Shown here: one piece after another, positions 27,644 to 37,074 of the stretch
Numbering within the stretch: position 1 is the first letter of the stretch
Layout: every line of letters starts with the position of its first letter
Notes under the pieces: model-generated
Seen by the model: the letters and a program-made list of their open reading frames with translations, nothing else
What the model was told of the DNA's origin: nothing
Databases searched by the model: none
Translations under genes and position numbers: made by a program
Assembly: GCA_965205015.1 (NCBI GenBank)
Contig: OZ242029.1
Coordinates: forward strand, 1,696,001-1,760,000
Reading direction: 5' to 3'
Source: Candidatus Poribacteria bacterium
GTDB lineage: Bacteria > Poribacteria > WGA-4E > WGA-3G
DNA length: 64,000 nucleotides

Positions 27644-27737
27644 GTGATTTAGGGCTTCCTGTCTGATTAACGCCTCCTATTATAAGGTGTGATGGCGTAT
27701 AAAGCGGACAAAAGGGTAAAATATGCGAATTTTCATT
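27644..27737. repeat. ~94-bp dispersed repeat, copy 2
   Basis: Matches 8301..8394 with about three substitutions. Confidence 0.85.
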
Positions 27738-27834
27738 TGCCTTTTCGCTGGTTGGTGTTGTATTATATGGAAGGACCTGGCAGGGTTTCTGCTGAAAGTT
27801 AAAGATACGAAATAAAAAAGAAAAAGGAAAGATA

Positions 27835-28827
27835 ATGCTCAGAAATTTATTCAAAGGTGGTGATAAAAGCCACGATGAATCCGATGCTATAGATAAGCAA
27901 GGGAACTGGTTTGATCGGCTCAAGTCCGGCTTGACGAAAACCCGGGACCAGTTCCTGTCCCAATTATCAGGACTCCTACGGGTTGGAAGAAGAATCGACG
28001 AGGATTTGATGGAAGAGATTGAGGAGATTTTAATCCAGTCAGATGTGGGGGTTGATACAACCCTGACCCTCATGGATAACGTTAGGGAGCGGGTGAAGTC
28101 AGAAGGCTTAAGCGATTCTTCAGAGCTGGCATCCGTCCTAAAATCGGAAATTCTCAATTTGCTTGGAACGGATGTACCGTTGCAAATTAAAGATGAGAAA
28201 CCGTATACGATTTTAGTGTTGGGTGTGAATGGTGCGGGGAAAACGACAACTATCGGCAAACTCGCCAGTCGCTTTATCGCCGACGGACACCGCGTGCTTG
28301 TTGCCGCGGGGGATACGTTCCGCGCAGCAGCGGAGGATCAGCTCGGTATTTGGTGTGAGCGTGCTGGAGCAGAACTCATCCGGGGCGGCGAAAATGCTGA
28401 ACCCGCCTCTGTCGTCTTCGATGCGATTCACGCCGCGAAGCATCGCGATGCCGATGTACTCATCGTAGACACTGCTGGTAGACTGCATACGAAAAAACCG
28501 CTGATGGATGAATTGTCGAAAATCGGACGTGTGATGGGACGGGCGCATACCGGTGCACCCCATGAAGTTCTGCTTGTCGTTGATGGGACGGTTGGTCAGA
28601 ATGCTCTCATGCAGGCGAAGATTTTTAATGAGGCGGTGCCGATTACAGGGGTCGTCGTTACAAAACTTGATGGTACTGCCAAAGGGGGTATCGTTATCGC
28701 CGTGAATGCGGAAATCGGCGCGCCTGTCAAACTCATCGGCATTGGTGAGAAGCTCGACGATTTGCGAGATTTCGCGGGTGCGGATTTCGTTGAGGCACTC
28801 TTTGCAGAGGAGACAGCAGACGCTTAA
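27835..28827 (+). CDS. ftsY: Signal recognition particle receptor FtsY
   Basis: GVNGAGKTTTIGKLA, AGDTFRAAA, DTAGRLHTK, TKLDGTAKGG. Confidence 0.97.
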   Translation: MLRNLFKGGDKSHDESDAIDKQGNWFDRLKSGLTKTRDQFLSQLSGLLRVGRRIDEDLMEEIEEILIQSDVGVDTTLTLMDNVRERVKSEGLSDSSELASVLKSEILNLLGTDVPLQIKDEKPYTILVLGVNGAGKTTTIGKLASRFIADGHRVLVAAGDTFRAAAEDQLGIWCERAGAELIRGGENAEPASVVFDAIHAAKHRDADVLIVDTAGRLHTKKPLMDELSKIGRVMGRAHTGAPHEVLLVVDGTVGQNALMQAKIFNEAVPITGVVVTKLDGTAKGGIVIAVNAEIGAPVKLIGIGEKLDDLRDFAGADFVEALFAEETADA

Positions 28828-28887
28828 AGAAACGCCGAGGGCTATCGTCTACGTATGAGACGTTTTGAAACCTGACGTCTTACCTAT

Positions 28888-28916
28888 GGGATGCGCGCTT
28901 ACCTAACGCGCATCCC
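28888..28916. terminator. Hairpin between convergent genes
   Basis: GGGATGCGCG-cttacctaa-CGCGCATCCC followed by TTTG. Confidence 0.6.
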
Positions 28917-28923
28917 TTTGTTC

Positions 28924-29538
28924 TTAGGAATCTGTTTCTCGCAGGTAAGGACGGAGGTGTTTGCGCAGGTTACGATGCGCGTGGAGCAGATGGGCTTTCA
29001 CTGTTCCATCGGAGCGTCCAACGGTAGCCGCAATATCTTTAAGCGATAGCCCGTCCCAGTGTCGTAAAATAAAGATTTGCCGCTGTTTTGGCGGGAGCCG
29101 ACGGACTGCTTTCCGAATGTGGGCTCTCAATTCCTTATTTTCGATGGCTTTTGCGGGTGATTCTGAGCGGGGATCCGGAATATTGGACATCGGCAGTTCG
29201 TCGGAGTCGTCGGAGTCGTACAGGAGGACTTCCGATCTTGCTTTTTTCCGTAGGAAATCGATACAGAGATTTACCGTGATTCGATAAAGCCAACTGTAAA
29301 ACTGACACTGACTCTTGAAGTCGCCTAATCCTTGGTATGCGCGTATAAAGGCATCTTGTGTCAGGTCCGATGCGTCTTCTGGGTTTGGGACGAAGCGTTG
29401 CACCAACCGGTAGGTGCGTTTTTGGTAGCGGGTAAAGAGCATATCAAATGCGGCGGTGTCGCCTTGTTGAAATCGCTCAATTAATTCAACATCCTCGTTA
29501 CATTCTGGAGGGATGCTTTCTGGGCTTTGGGACTGCAT
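28924..29538 (-). CDS. ECF sigma factor (RpoE-like)
   Basis: GDTAAFDML, DASDLTQDAFIRAY, FYSWLYRITVNLCIDFLR, LSLKDIAATVGRSDGTVKAHL. Confidence 0.93.
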   Translation of the reverse strand: MQSQSPESIPPECNEDVELIERFQQGDTAAFDMLFTRYQKRTYRLVQRFVPNPEDASDLTQDAFIRAYQGLGDFKSQCQFYSWLYRITVNLCIDFLRKKARSEVLLYDSDDSDELPMSNIPDPRSESPAKAIENKELRAHIRKAVRRLPPKQRQIFILRHWDGLSLKDIAATVGRSDGTVKAHLLHAHRNLRKHLRPYLRETDS

Positions 29539-29676
29539 GTTCTCCTCTTAAGCATCATTGACCGGGAAAGCGGTTTCTGACTTTGTTAGGTTCTGGCAGC
29601 GAAGTTTGCTATACAAATGTCGCTAAACCCCATCATTGGCAGCCAGAAACGTAAGTGGTCATTGATAAAATGGAAG

Positions 29677-30555
29677 TCACTGATTCGTTTGTTTGTAGAC
29701 ACTGCGAAACCAACGTTTATATCTTTGGCTGTCTTGAACCATCTGTTGTAGAACGCCTAATTCCTCGTCTTCTTCGGCATGGGGGTTCGTCTCGAGCAAG
29801 GATAGCAATTCCTCATACACCAAGGAATCTTCATGGACGAGTGATGAGAGGAGCCTCTCGAAGTTCTCACCATGTCCGAGCATTGCCAACAATTGGTTCG
29901 TATGACGTATCTCCTCAGAAGCAGCTTGGTTCAAGTAGGCTGCAAGTTCATGTTCATTACGTTTTTCGGCGATTTGTGCGAGAATCAATCGCATCCCGAC
30001 AAGTTTGAGTTTTGCTTGTGCAAGTTCATCCAGATCCACTTCATACCGTTTTTGTAGGTGGTCGGCGTCCCGTGGATGTAACTGTGCATAACTGGGCCAC
30101 ACCGGCTTCGCCATCACCTGTTTCAACCGTTTGAGGCTTTCAATCAGGGTTTCCTGCTCTTGTGGGGATAATTGTCCAAAGGTACTCTCCCAAAAGTTTG
30201 TCTCGTGTACGACGCGCTCTCGGAAAAGTTGTTCGGACTGTGGCGTGAGTCTAATCCGCGCACGTCTCCGATCCTGATCACATTTACGACGGACGACCCA
30301 ACCGTGCCGTTCAAGGCGACTGACTAAGGCGGATGTTGTATTATGTGCAAGCCCCAGGTGCTCGCCGAGTTCACTCACTGACATACCCGCCTCACGCCCA
30401 TACCAATGAAGATGTTGGAGGGCGTTAAATTGGACAATCGTCAGGCGATTGGGAACGACTTCCTGAATAAACCTGGATTTGACAGCCGCTTGCGCATGAC
30501 GCATCACACGTATCACGACATCAATTTCATTATGGAATTCCTGGTCTTTAGACAT
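29677..30555 (-). CDS. MarR-family regulator fused to a ferritin/rubrerythrin-like domain
   Basis: LTIVQFNALQHL, SVSELGEHLGL, DQDRRRARIRLT; C-terminal helical domain with AASEEIRH (ExxH). Start placed at MSKDQEF. Confidence 0.8.
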   Translation of the reverse strand: MSKDQEFHNEIDVVIRVMRHAQAAVKSRFIQEVVPNRLTIVQFNALQHLHWYGREAGMSVSELGEHLGLAHNTTSALVSRLERHGWVVRRKCDQDRRRARIRLTPQSEQLFRERVVHETNFWESTFGQLSPQEQETLIESLKRLKQVMAKPVWPSYAQLHPRDADHLQKRYEVDLDELAQAKLKLVGMRLILAQIAEKRNEHELAAYLNQAASEEIRHTNQLLAMLGHGENFERLLSSLVHEDSLVYEELLSLLETNPHAEEDEELGVLQQMVQDSQRYKRWFRSVYKQTNQ

Positions 30556-30651
30556 TTTTTGGCGATACTTGCAAGCCAAACTTACTGTTGAGTGAAAGTC
30601 GGCGGTGTAGGGTGTTGCTTTCAAACCCCCTGCTAAATCACAAAGAGTTAT

Positions 30652-30688
30652 TATATCCTATATCGGATATATTTTCCGTCGTATACGA
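30652..30688. promoter_or_regulatory. Putative MarR operator palindromes
   Basis: TATATCC-N6-GGATATA and TCGTATACGA upstream of the MarR gene. Confidence 0.45.
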
Positions 30689-30820
30689 TATAATATAATT
30701 ATACACCGACTTTCTCCAGATGTCAAATTAAACTGAAAAAAATAGTAATTTTCGGTTTTTTTTCGTGCAAACTCGGTGTTTGGCTAAAATTATCTGCATT
30801 TTTTACGAAATCGGCGGTTT

Positions 30821-32554
30821 TTAGTTGCTGCCGACGAGGCGTTGTGCCTTCATTTTTCGTTTTCGTTTCGCTTTCGACTTAGGTTTCGGTGAATTGGTTT
30901 GAATGTGTTGCGTGTCCTGGTTGTTTTCGCTCGACGGATCCACTTGAAGTGTCTGTTGCTGCTGTGCCACATACTCGGCATAGTTACCATCGAAAAGCTC
31001 CGCGGTCCCTCCCGGTTTACCGTCGAAAATTAACAGTTTTGTTGCGAGGTTGTTTAGCAAGTATCGGTCGTGAGAAATAATAAAAAGCGTTGCCGGGTAT
31101 TCCGCCAGTGCTGCTTCCAACGCTTCACGCGCCGGAATGTCGAGATGGTTCGTCGGTTCATCAAGGAGTAAGACATTCGCGTTCGCTAATAACAACTTCG
31201 CGAGTAGCACACGGCTCTGCTCCCCGCCGCTTAGGTTTCCAATCCTATTGAACACATCATCACCGAAAAATAGAAACTTGCTCAGGAAACTGCGTATTTC
31301 GCCTTGTGTATGCTTCGGTCGCAGTGCCCAGATTTCGTCGATAATCTCGTTGTTCAGGTTGAGTCCTTCCAATTCTTGGGCGTAGTACCCAAACTTGAGC
31401 GTCGGACCTACCCACATTTCGCCTTCGGTTGGGGCTTCGTCGCCTAAAATCATCCGGAAAAACGTTGTTTTTCCGGTGCCGTTCGCCCCAATAATTCCGA
31501 TAACATCGCGACGGTATACCTCAAAATTCAAATCCGTGAAAATGACCTTGTCGCCGAATGCTTTGCCAACGTTTTGGCATCGGAGGATGTCATTTCCCCC
31601 ACGGGTTTCCGGCGTGAAACTCAGGTTGAGAGTGGGTGCATCGGATTTCGGCTTTTCGACTCTTTCCAAGCGGTTCAGTTTTTTCTGTCTCCCTTGTGCC
31701 TCTCGTGTGCGTTGCCCCGCAATATTGCGGCGAATAAAGTCCTCTTCGTGTTCAATGAACGCCTGTTGTTTTTTGAATGCGCGTTCCGCGACTAATTGTT
31801 CAACCCTTTTCGTTTCGATGTACTTGGCGTAGTTTCCTCGATAGATTTTTATCTGATGCGCTTCGAGTTCCCACACCTTTCGGACGACCTTATCTAAGAA
31901 ATACCGGTCGTGAGACACAACAAGGACTGCGCCGCTATATTCGATGTTGAGGTAGTTTTCAAGCCACTGAATCCCGTTGATGTCAAGATGATTCGTGGGT
32001 TCGTCAAAAAGCAGGAGGTCCGGCTTTTCAAGAAGTAGTTTTGCGAGTGTCGCTCGGCTTTTCTGTCCACCGCTCAGGACACGAATCGGGAGGTTGAAAT
32101 CCAGTTCGCTAAAACCTAAGCCCCCGAGGATACGGTTAATCTCGTACTCATAATCGTAGCCCCCGAGTCGTTCGTGCTGTTCTTGAATCCGAGCGTACGC
32201 TGCTAAGAGGTCTGGTGCCTCTTCTGTTTCCATCTCCTCTGCGAGTACGAGCATCTTATCTTCAAGCACCCGCCGTTTTTCAAAAACCTTGAGCATCTCT
32301 TGCCTTAGGGTGCAGTCATGTGCGAGATCCGGTTCTTGACTGAGGTAACCGATGCGTAAACCCTTCGCTGAAACAACTTTCCCTTTAAAATTAGCAAGCA
32401 AACCGTTTATAATTTTAAGTAACGTTGTTTTTCCGGTGCCGTTACGCCCAATTAATCCGATTCGGTCTCCATGTTCAATGGAAACCGAAATATCGTCAAG
32501 AATCAGGTCTGGATCGTACAATTTGGTGACGTGTTCTAATCGTATTAAGGACAT
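30821..32554 (-). CDS. ABC-F family ATP-binding protein
   Basis: Two ABC domains (GRNGTGKT, LSGGQ, DEPTNHLD; GANGTGKT, LSGGE, DEPTNHLD), linker YRGNY, no TM segments. Confidence 0.93.
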   Translation of the reverse strand: MSLIRLEHVTKLYDPDLILDDISVSIEHGDRIGLIGRNGTGKTTLLKIINGLLANFKGKVVSAKGLRIGYLSQEPDLAHDCTLRQEMLKVFEKRRVLEDKMLVLAEEMETEEAPDLLAAYARIQEQHERLGGYDYEYEINRILGGLGFSELDFNLPIRVLSGGQKSRATLAKLLLEKPDLLLFDEPTNHLDINGIQWLENYLNIEYSGAVLVVSHDRYFLDKVVRKVWELEAHQIKIYRGNYAKYIETKRVEQLVAERAFKKQQAFIEHEEDFIRRNIAGQRTREAQGRQKKLNRLERVEKPKSDAPTLNLSFTPETRGGNDILRCQNVGKAFGDKVIFTDLNFEVYRRDVIGIIGANGTGKTTFFRMILGDEAPTEGEMWVGPTLKFGYYAQELEGLNLNNEIIDEIWALRPKHTQGEIRSFLSKFLFFGDDVFNRIGNLSGGEQSRVLLAKLLLANANVLLLDEPTNHLDIPAREALEAALAEYPATLFIISHDRYLLNNLATKLLIFDGKPGGTAELFDGNYAEYVAQQQQTLQVDPSSENNQDTQHIQTNSPKPKSKAKRKRKMKAQRLVGSN

Positions 32555-32571
32555 TTTTTTCTGACTGACCG

Positions 32572-33534
32572 CTAATTGCTATTTCTGTGACGAGTTTCTG
32601 TCAACAGATCGTTCTTATGCAGTGTAAATTGAGTACTGCGGGTAATCATTTCCTGGTATGTGTTGGCGCGATGTGCGTCTGGACGACGAATGTTAAATTG
32701 CCTGAATCGCCAGAACGCTATGGAGAGGGCAGCATACTGAACGAAGCAGTCTAAGCACTGCCACTCATTTTCTGTCAAAGGACGCAATGTGTTGTAAGCG
32801 TCTAAAAATCGCTGGGCAGCCTCAAGATTTAGCCGATCCTCCGATGTATAGCAACACCCAATAAGCGTCATGCTAACATCGATGAGCAATGTATCATGAC
32901 ATCCCTCCTCGAAATCGAGAATCGCGACCATCTGACTGCCCTCGAAAAGGGTATTATCCAAAAAAAGGTCTCCGTGTAGAAGTCCCATCGGAAGGGGGGC
33001 ACCGAGTTGTGGTTTCATCGATTCCAATTGCGATTTCAACGATTCAACGAACGGATGCGTAGCGAATTGTGTGCCTTTGACCTCCTCGAAAAAAGGGGTC
33101 ATTTGTGAAATCCCCATTGCAAAATGGGGAAGTCCAGCGATGGGTGGAATACAATGCAGTTTTGCCAGCGCCTCACCGAGTTTTGCCAGCGTATCTGGTG
33201 AGGATTGTGGGTGTTCCCCTTTCAGGAAGGGATAGAGCATCACATTGCCAAATGTCTCCTGTGTGAGGGGTCTTTGGTCTTTCGTTGAAATAGGGTATAC
33301 CGTCGGATAAGCATGCTGATGGAGGTGTTGCAACAGTGCGATTTGCATGTTAAGTTCTGCTAAGTCTTTTTCATCGCAAATCTTGAGCAGAAACTCGCCC
33401 TTTGTGGTCGTCAGTTTAAAATTACTGTTCCCAAATCCGCCGGGAATCTCCTCGAGTTTCAGTGCCGTACCGATTGGATATTGTGATACGATGCCGTCGA
33501 GTTCTGTGGATGAAAGGGTTGTGTAACGTGCCAT
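32572..33534 (-). CDS. thrB: Homoserine kinase type II (APH-like phosphotransferase)
   Basis: MARYTTLS, GFGNSNF, HGDLFLDN, ILDFEE. Confidence 0.75.
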   Translation of the reverse strand: MARYTTLSSTELDGIVSQYPIGTALKLEEIPGGFGNSNFKLTTTKGEFLLKICDEKDLAELNMQIALLQHLHQHAYPTVYPISTKDQRPLTQETFGNVMLYPFLKGEHPQSSPDTLAKLGEALAKLHCIPPIAGLPHFAMGISQMTPFFEEVKGTQFATHPFVESLKSQLESMKPQLGAPLPMGLLHGDLFLDNTLFEGSQMVAILDFEEGCHDTLLIDVSMTLIGCCYTSEDRLNLEAAQRFLDAYNTLRPLTENEWQCLDCFVQYAALSIAFWRFRQFNIRRPDAHRANTYQEMITRSTQFTLHKNDLLTETRHRNSN

Positions 33535-33614
33535 TTTGGTTTTAGCGATTCACCAGGGAAACGCGCAACTGCGTCAGAAACGGGCTTTTGACGACAGAAA
33601 AGCGGCGCGAGAAC

Positions 33615-34139
33615 CTAATTTGTTAAAAGATCTTGGAATTCTGGGGAATTGCGAATGTTGTCAAATGCGGGTTCCGTTTTCGCGGCGGAAAGTGCCGCCT
33701 TGTCTACGCGAATCGCCTCACGCAATGAGGCAATTGAGAGCCCTTTCTCTGCCTTGTGTGAATAGGCGACCGCGAGGTTATAATGTGCTTTCGCGAAGTC
33801 AGTATCTAACTGAGTGGCGCGCTCCCACGCTTGAATGGCTTTATCAAGTTCTCCCAAGTTTCCATAGACAACACCTAATGTGAAAAATGGCATTACCCAT
33901 CCCGGTTCATTCTCGATTGCCAAACTGAGTTCCGTGATAGCTTGCCCAAAATTGCCGTCCTTGGCATACGCCATGCCCCAATTATAGTGCGCGATGGCAA
34001 CATCGTTCGGTTCAGGGGCGTCCGTGCTTTGTGAATACGGGATCGCTTTCGGACCGCATGCCGTAAGACAGAGCAACAAGCCGGTAATTAATAGTAACCC
34101 ACTGAGGCGTAGTTTGTTCACTCTATATAGAAAAGCCAT
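33615..34139 (-). CDS. TPR-repeat lipoprotein
   Basis: Lipobox LTAC; TPR motifs AHYNWGMAY, FFTLGVVY, AHYNLAVAY. Confidence 0.85.
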   Translation of the reverse strand: MAFLYRVNKLRLSGLLLITGLLLCLTACGPKAIPYSQSTDAPEPNDVAIAHYNWGMAYAKDGNFGQAITELSLAIENEPGWVMPFFTLGVVYGNLGELDKAIQAWERATQLDTDFAKAHYNLAVAYSHKAEKGLSIASLREAIRVDKAALSAAKTEPAFDNIRNSPEFQDLLTN

Positions 34140-34188
34140 AATTTTCCTCCATCTCTCCGTTAAATTTTAGCAGAAGATAGGATTGGAA

Positions 34189-35646
34189 TCAAGGGATCCG
34201 TGTTTTTTTAACATAAATGGCGTAGACTTTCGGGTCTTCTGGACGAATACCGGTGTAATTCAGCCTGATTCGGATTGCGCCGTTTCTCTTGTCAATCTGT
34301 TCTCCGTTTTTCCACGCCACCGTCTGATGAAAGCCCGATGTGAGAGGAAGACAATCTTCTCTGGTATATCCTTCAATGGGTTGGAAGTGCTCGTCCAAAA
34401 TGTCAAGTGGAACCTGACTATACGTTGACAAACCATCAACATTCAGTGCCACTGTGCAAGGCTGTCCCTCAAGGTCAATGGGTGCCGAAATCACGTGGCG
34501 AGGTTGTTCTGTTTTTCGATTCATGTCTGCCGCTTGGAGGTAGCCGAGTCGGTCGCGTTTCCATGTTGCGATCCGGACCCCATTACTCAGCTGCTCTGGC
34601 CACGGGGCATACCAGAAAAGGGTCTCATCACCAATGTTCTCAAAACCTTGTCCCTGCATAAGTGCGGCGTGTTTGAAATTCATTGGCGTTGGGAGATGTT
34701 CAAAGTCGTCTTCCGCCGCTTCTACCATCTGAAAATCCGGAATCGGCTCGCGGTAGTGCAAGGCGTCGTTGCTGACGACGAAGCCGAGGTCCATCGTCAC
34801 ATGCCGACGGTCATTATTTTCCGGTCCGTGCCACTGTCCATAGAAGCCGAGGATCACATTCCCACGGTTCCATAGTGCTGCACCGAGATGGACCTGCTCG
34901 CCTTGGTGTGCTCCGGGCACCACGGGTCTTGGTGGGATGTTACCCCTCCTGAACCCCAAGCACGAGGCTTCGATCCAATGTTCAAAGTCGTAAGATGCAT
35001 ACGTTACCATCTGCCGTGTAGGACCGATGTGGCTGCCGCCATGCGCGCTGAGATAGTAGCATCCGTTGAATTTCGTAACACCCGACATCTCGCAGGACGG
35101 TGGATTCGGGTACCGTTCGGCTTCGTGCCATTGAAGTCCATCTTCGCTAAACATGACTGCGAATTTTGGAGAATATTTGGATGTTTCAATAATCGCTTTG
35201 AACCGACGCGCAGGATCGGGGTCGTCTGGTTCATAATACACGACACACGCCTGAATGTGATAGTGTCCACCTTGAATATCGACGAGATTGTTTCGGGTGG
35301 AGCCGTTATATGCTACCAGTCCGAGTTCCGGTTTTTCCCAGTTGTAACCATCACGGCTTTTTGCGAAACACACCCGTTGGTGCCAACTCTCGTCGTCTCC
35401 GTGTCCGAGATACCACATCCAGAGTTCATCACCGACGCGATGGACAGACCCGTAGTAGATGACGCAGGCACTGTCTGGCGCGCCGGGTGGACCGGGGCGT
35501 ACTACAATTTGGGTCCGATCAACCCCGGCTCTGTAAGGCACCAGTTGTAGACGGACACCGTGTTGAAACGGGATGCTGTAGTCATCGAAAGGGAACAGCA
35601 CTATCTGATCGGTGCTGACGTGTTCAGGATTGTTTTTGATGATCAT
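34189..35646 (-). CDS. Hypothetical beta-propeller protein (GH32/43-like)
   Basis: Asp-box-like repeats SRDGYNW, SEDGLQW, SYDFEHW; WEKPELG motif. Confidence 0.6.
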   Translation of the reverse strand: MIIKNNPEHVSTDQIVLFPFDDYSIPFQHGVRLQLVPYRAGVDRTQIVVRPGPPGAPDSACVIYYGSVHRVGDELWMWYLGHGDDESWHQRVCFAKSRDGYNWEKPELGLVAYNGSTRNNLVDIQGGHYHIQACVVYYEPDDPDPARRFKAIIETSKYSPKFAVMFSEDGLQWHEAERYPNPPSCEMSGVTKFNGCYYLSAHGGSHIGPTRQMVTYASYDFEHWIEASCLGFRRGNIPPRPVVPGAHQGEQVHLGAALWNRGNVILGFYGQWHGPENNDRRHVTMDLGFVVSNDALHYREPIPDFQMVEAAEDDFEHLPTPMNFKHAALMQGQGFENIGDETLFWYAPWPEQLSNGVRIATWKRDRLGYLQAADMNRKTEQPRHVISAPIDLEGQPCTVALNVDGLSTYSQVPLDILDEHFQPIEGYTREDCLPLTSGFHQTVAWKNGEQIDKRNGAIRIRLNYTGIRPEDPKVYAIYVKKTRIP

Positions 35647-35700
35647 TGTAGTAGTAACCGCAAAAGCGACTGTTGTAGGAAGTTAACCGTTAACTAACAA

Positions 35701-36957
35701 CTATTCCTTTAAGATTGCTCCGTAGATGAGCGGTTTAAGGGTCTGGCTCAATTCGGAAAATGGGATATGTTGTGCGAGCGTGATCGCTACCAATTCATCT
35801 CGCGGTGAAATCCAGAATTCGGTGCTTGTCCCGCCAATCCAGCCGTATTCATCCACTTGGGAAGCGGGTATCCAGTCCGTCTGCTGGACGCGAACGGAGA
35901 CACCGAGTCCGAAACCGAGTCCAGCATAACGTTCATCCGGTTTTTTATCCAGTGGTATCAAATGCTCCGGTAAATGGTTGTGTGTCATCAATTCGACGGA
36001 TTCCGGTTTCATCAACTGTTTTTCCTCAAGTGTGCCCCTGCCTGAGAGCATCAGACAAAAGCGAGCAAAATCAGCAGCGGTAGAGACCAAGCCACCACCG
36101 GCAGATAGGAATTTCGGTTTCTGTATAAAACTACTTTTGGATACATGACCTGTTCCGCCCTCTGGGGCATCAATAGTCTGCAGACCTCCTCCCGGTTTTG
36201 GACCGTGCATACTCGCGAACCGGTCTATTTTCTCCTCCGGTACATAAAATCCGGTATCGTGCATGCCTAACGGTTGGAAGATCCTATCGGCTAAAAACAC
36301 ATCAAAGGGCTGATCGGAAACCACCTCAATCAATCTACCCAAAACATCTGCAGCGATGCTATAGTGCCATTTCGTTCCGGGTTGGTACAACAACGGAATC
36401 CTGCCAAGCCTCTCAACCATTTCCTGTAGGTCGCATTCATGCAGGCGGTGGAGACCCACCTCGCGATAGCGTTTATCGACTGCGGTGTGTCCTGCCATAT
36501 ATCGGGCGGCACCAGGCAATCCAGCGGTGTGACGCATTAAGTCACGGACGGTCATGTCCCGGTCTGCTTCAACCAATGTGAGTGATGCTCCATCTGTATC
36601 CACCGCGACTTTCAATCCACCTAATTCTGGTAGGTACATTGAAGCGGGGGCATCCAAGTACAGTTTCCCTTCCTCACAGAGCAGCATGACTGCAGCGGCG
36701 GCGATCGGTTTGGTCATTGAATAGACGCGGAAGATCGTATCTGTTTGCATCGGCTTATTCGCTGCAATGTCCATCATGCCCGATGCCTTGAAATGTGCTA
36801 CTTTACCGCGCCGTGCCACAACTGTGACCGCACCCGCGAGTCGCTCTTCGTCAATAAACTTTTGCGAGGTCGTAGATATACACGCAAGTTGTTTCGCTGA
36901 GAGTCCCACCTCGTGCGGTGCAGCGATTCGGTTGGGGTTTAATTTTTCGGTGTCCAT
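35701..36957 (-). CDS. Serine hydrolase, beta-lactamase class C-like
   Basis: FRVYSMTK (SxxK), LMRHTAG, PGTKWHYS, YGWIGG. Start placed at MDTEK. Confidence 0.9.
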   Translation of the reverse strand: MDTEKLNPNRIAAPHEVGLSAKQLACISTTSQKFIDEERLAGAVTVVARRGKVAHFKASGMMDIAANKPMQTDTIFRVYSMTKPIAAAAVMLLCEEGKLYLDAPASMYLPELGGLKVAVDTDGASLTLVEADRDMTVRDLMRHTAGLPGAARYMAGHTAVDKRYREVGLHRLHECDLQEMVERLGRIPLLYQPGTKWHYSIAADVLGRLIEVVSDQPFDVFLADRIFQPLGMHDTGFYVPEEKIDRFASMHGPKPGGGLQTIDAPEGGTGHVSKSSFIQKPKFLSAGGGLVSTAADFARFCLMLSGRGTLEEKQLMKPESVELMTHNHLPEHLIPLDKKPDERYAGLGFGLGVSVRVQQTDWIPASQVDEYGWIGGTSTEFWISPRDELVAITLAQHIPFSELSQTLKPLIYGAILKE

Positions 36958-37074
36958 GATGGCGTTCTTCTTTTTGCGGAGAGTTTCGAGTGCTAAGGAT
37001 TTACGGGTTTCTCCTGTTAAGGATACCACATCAGTGACAGAATGTCACATTTTTTGGTGATGTGCTTTGTGAGG

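Noticed and set aside
27501-28259. 252-aa minus-strand ORF
   Set aside because: Antisense to ftsY and running through the 94-bp repeat.
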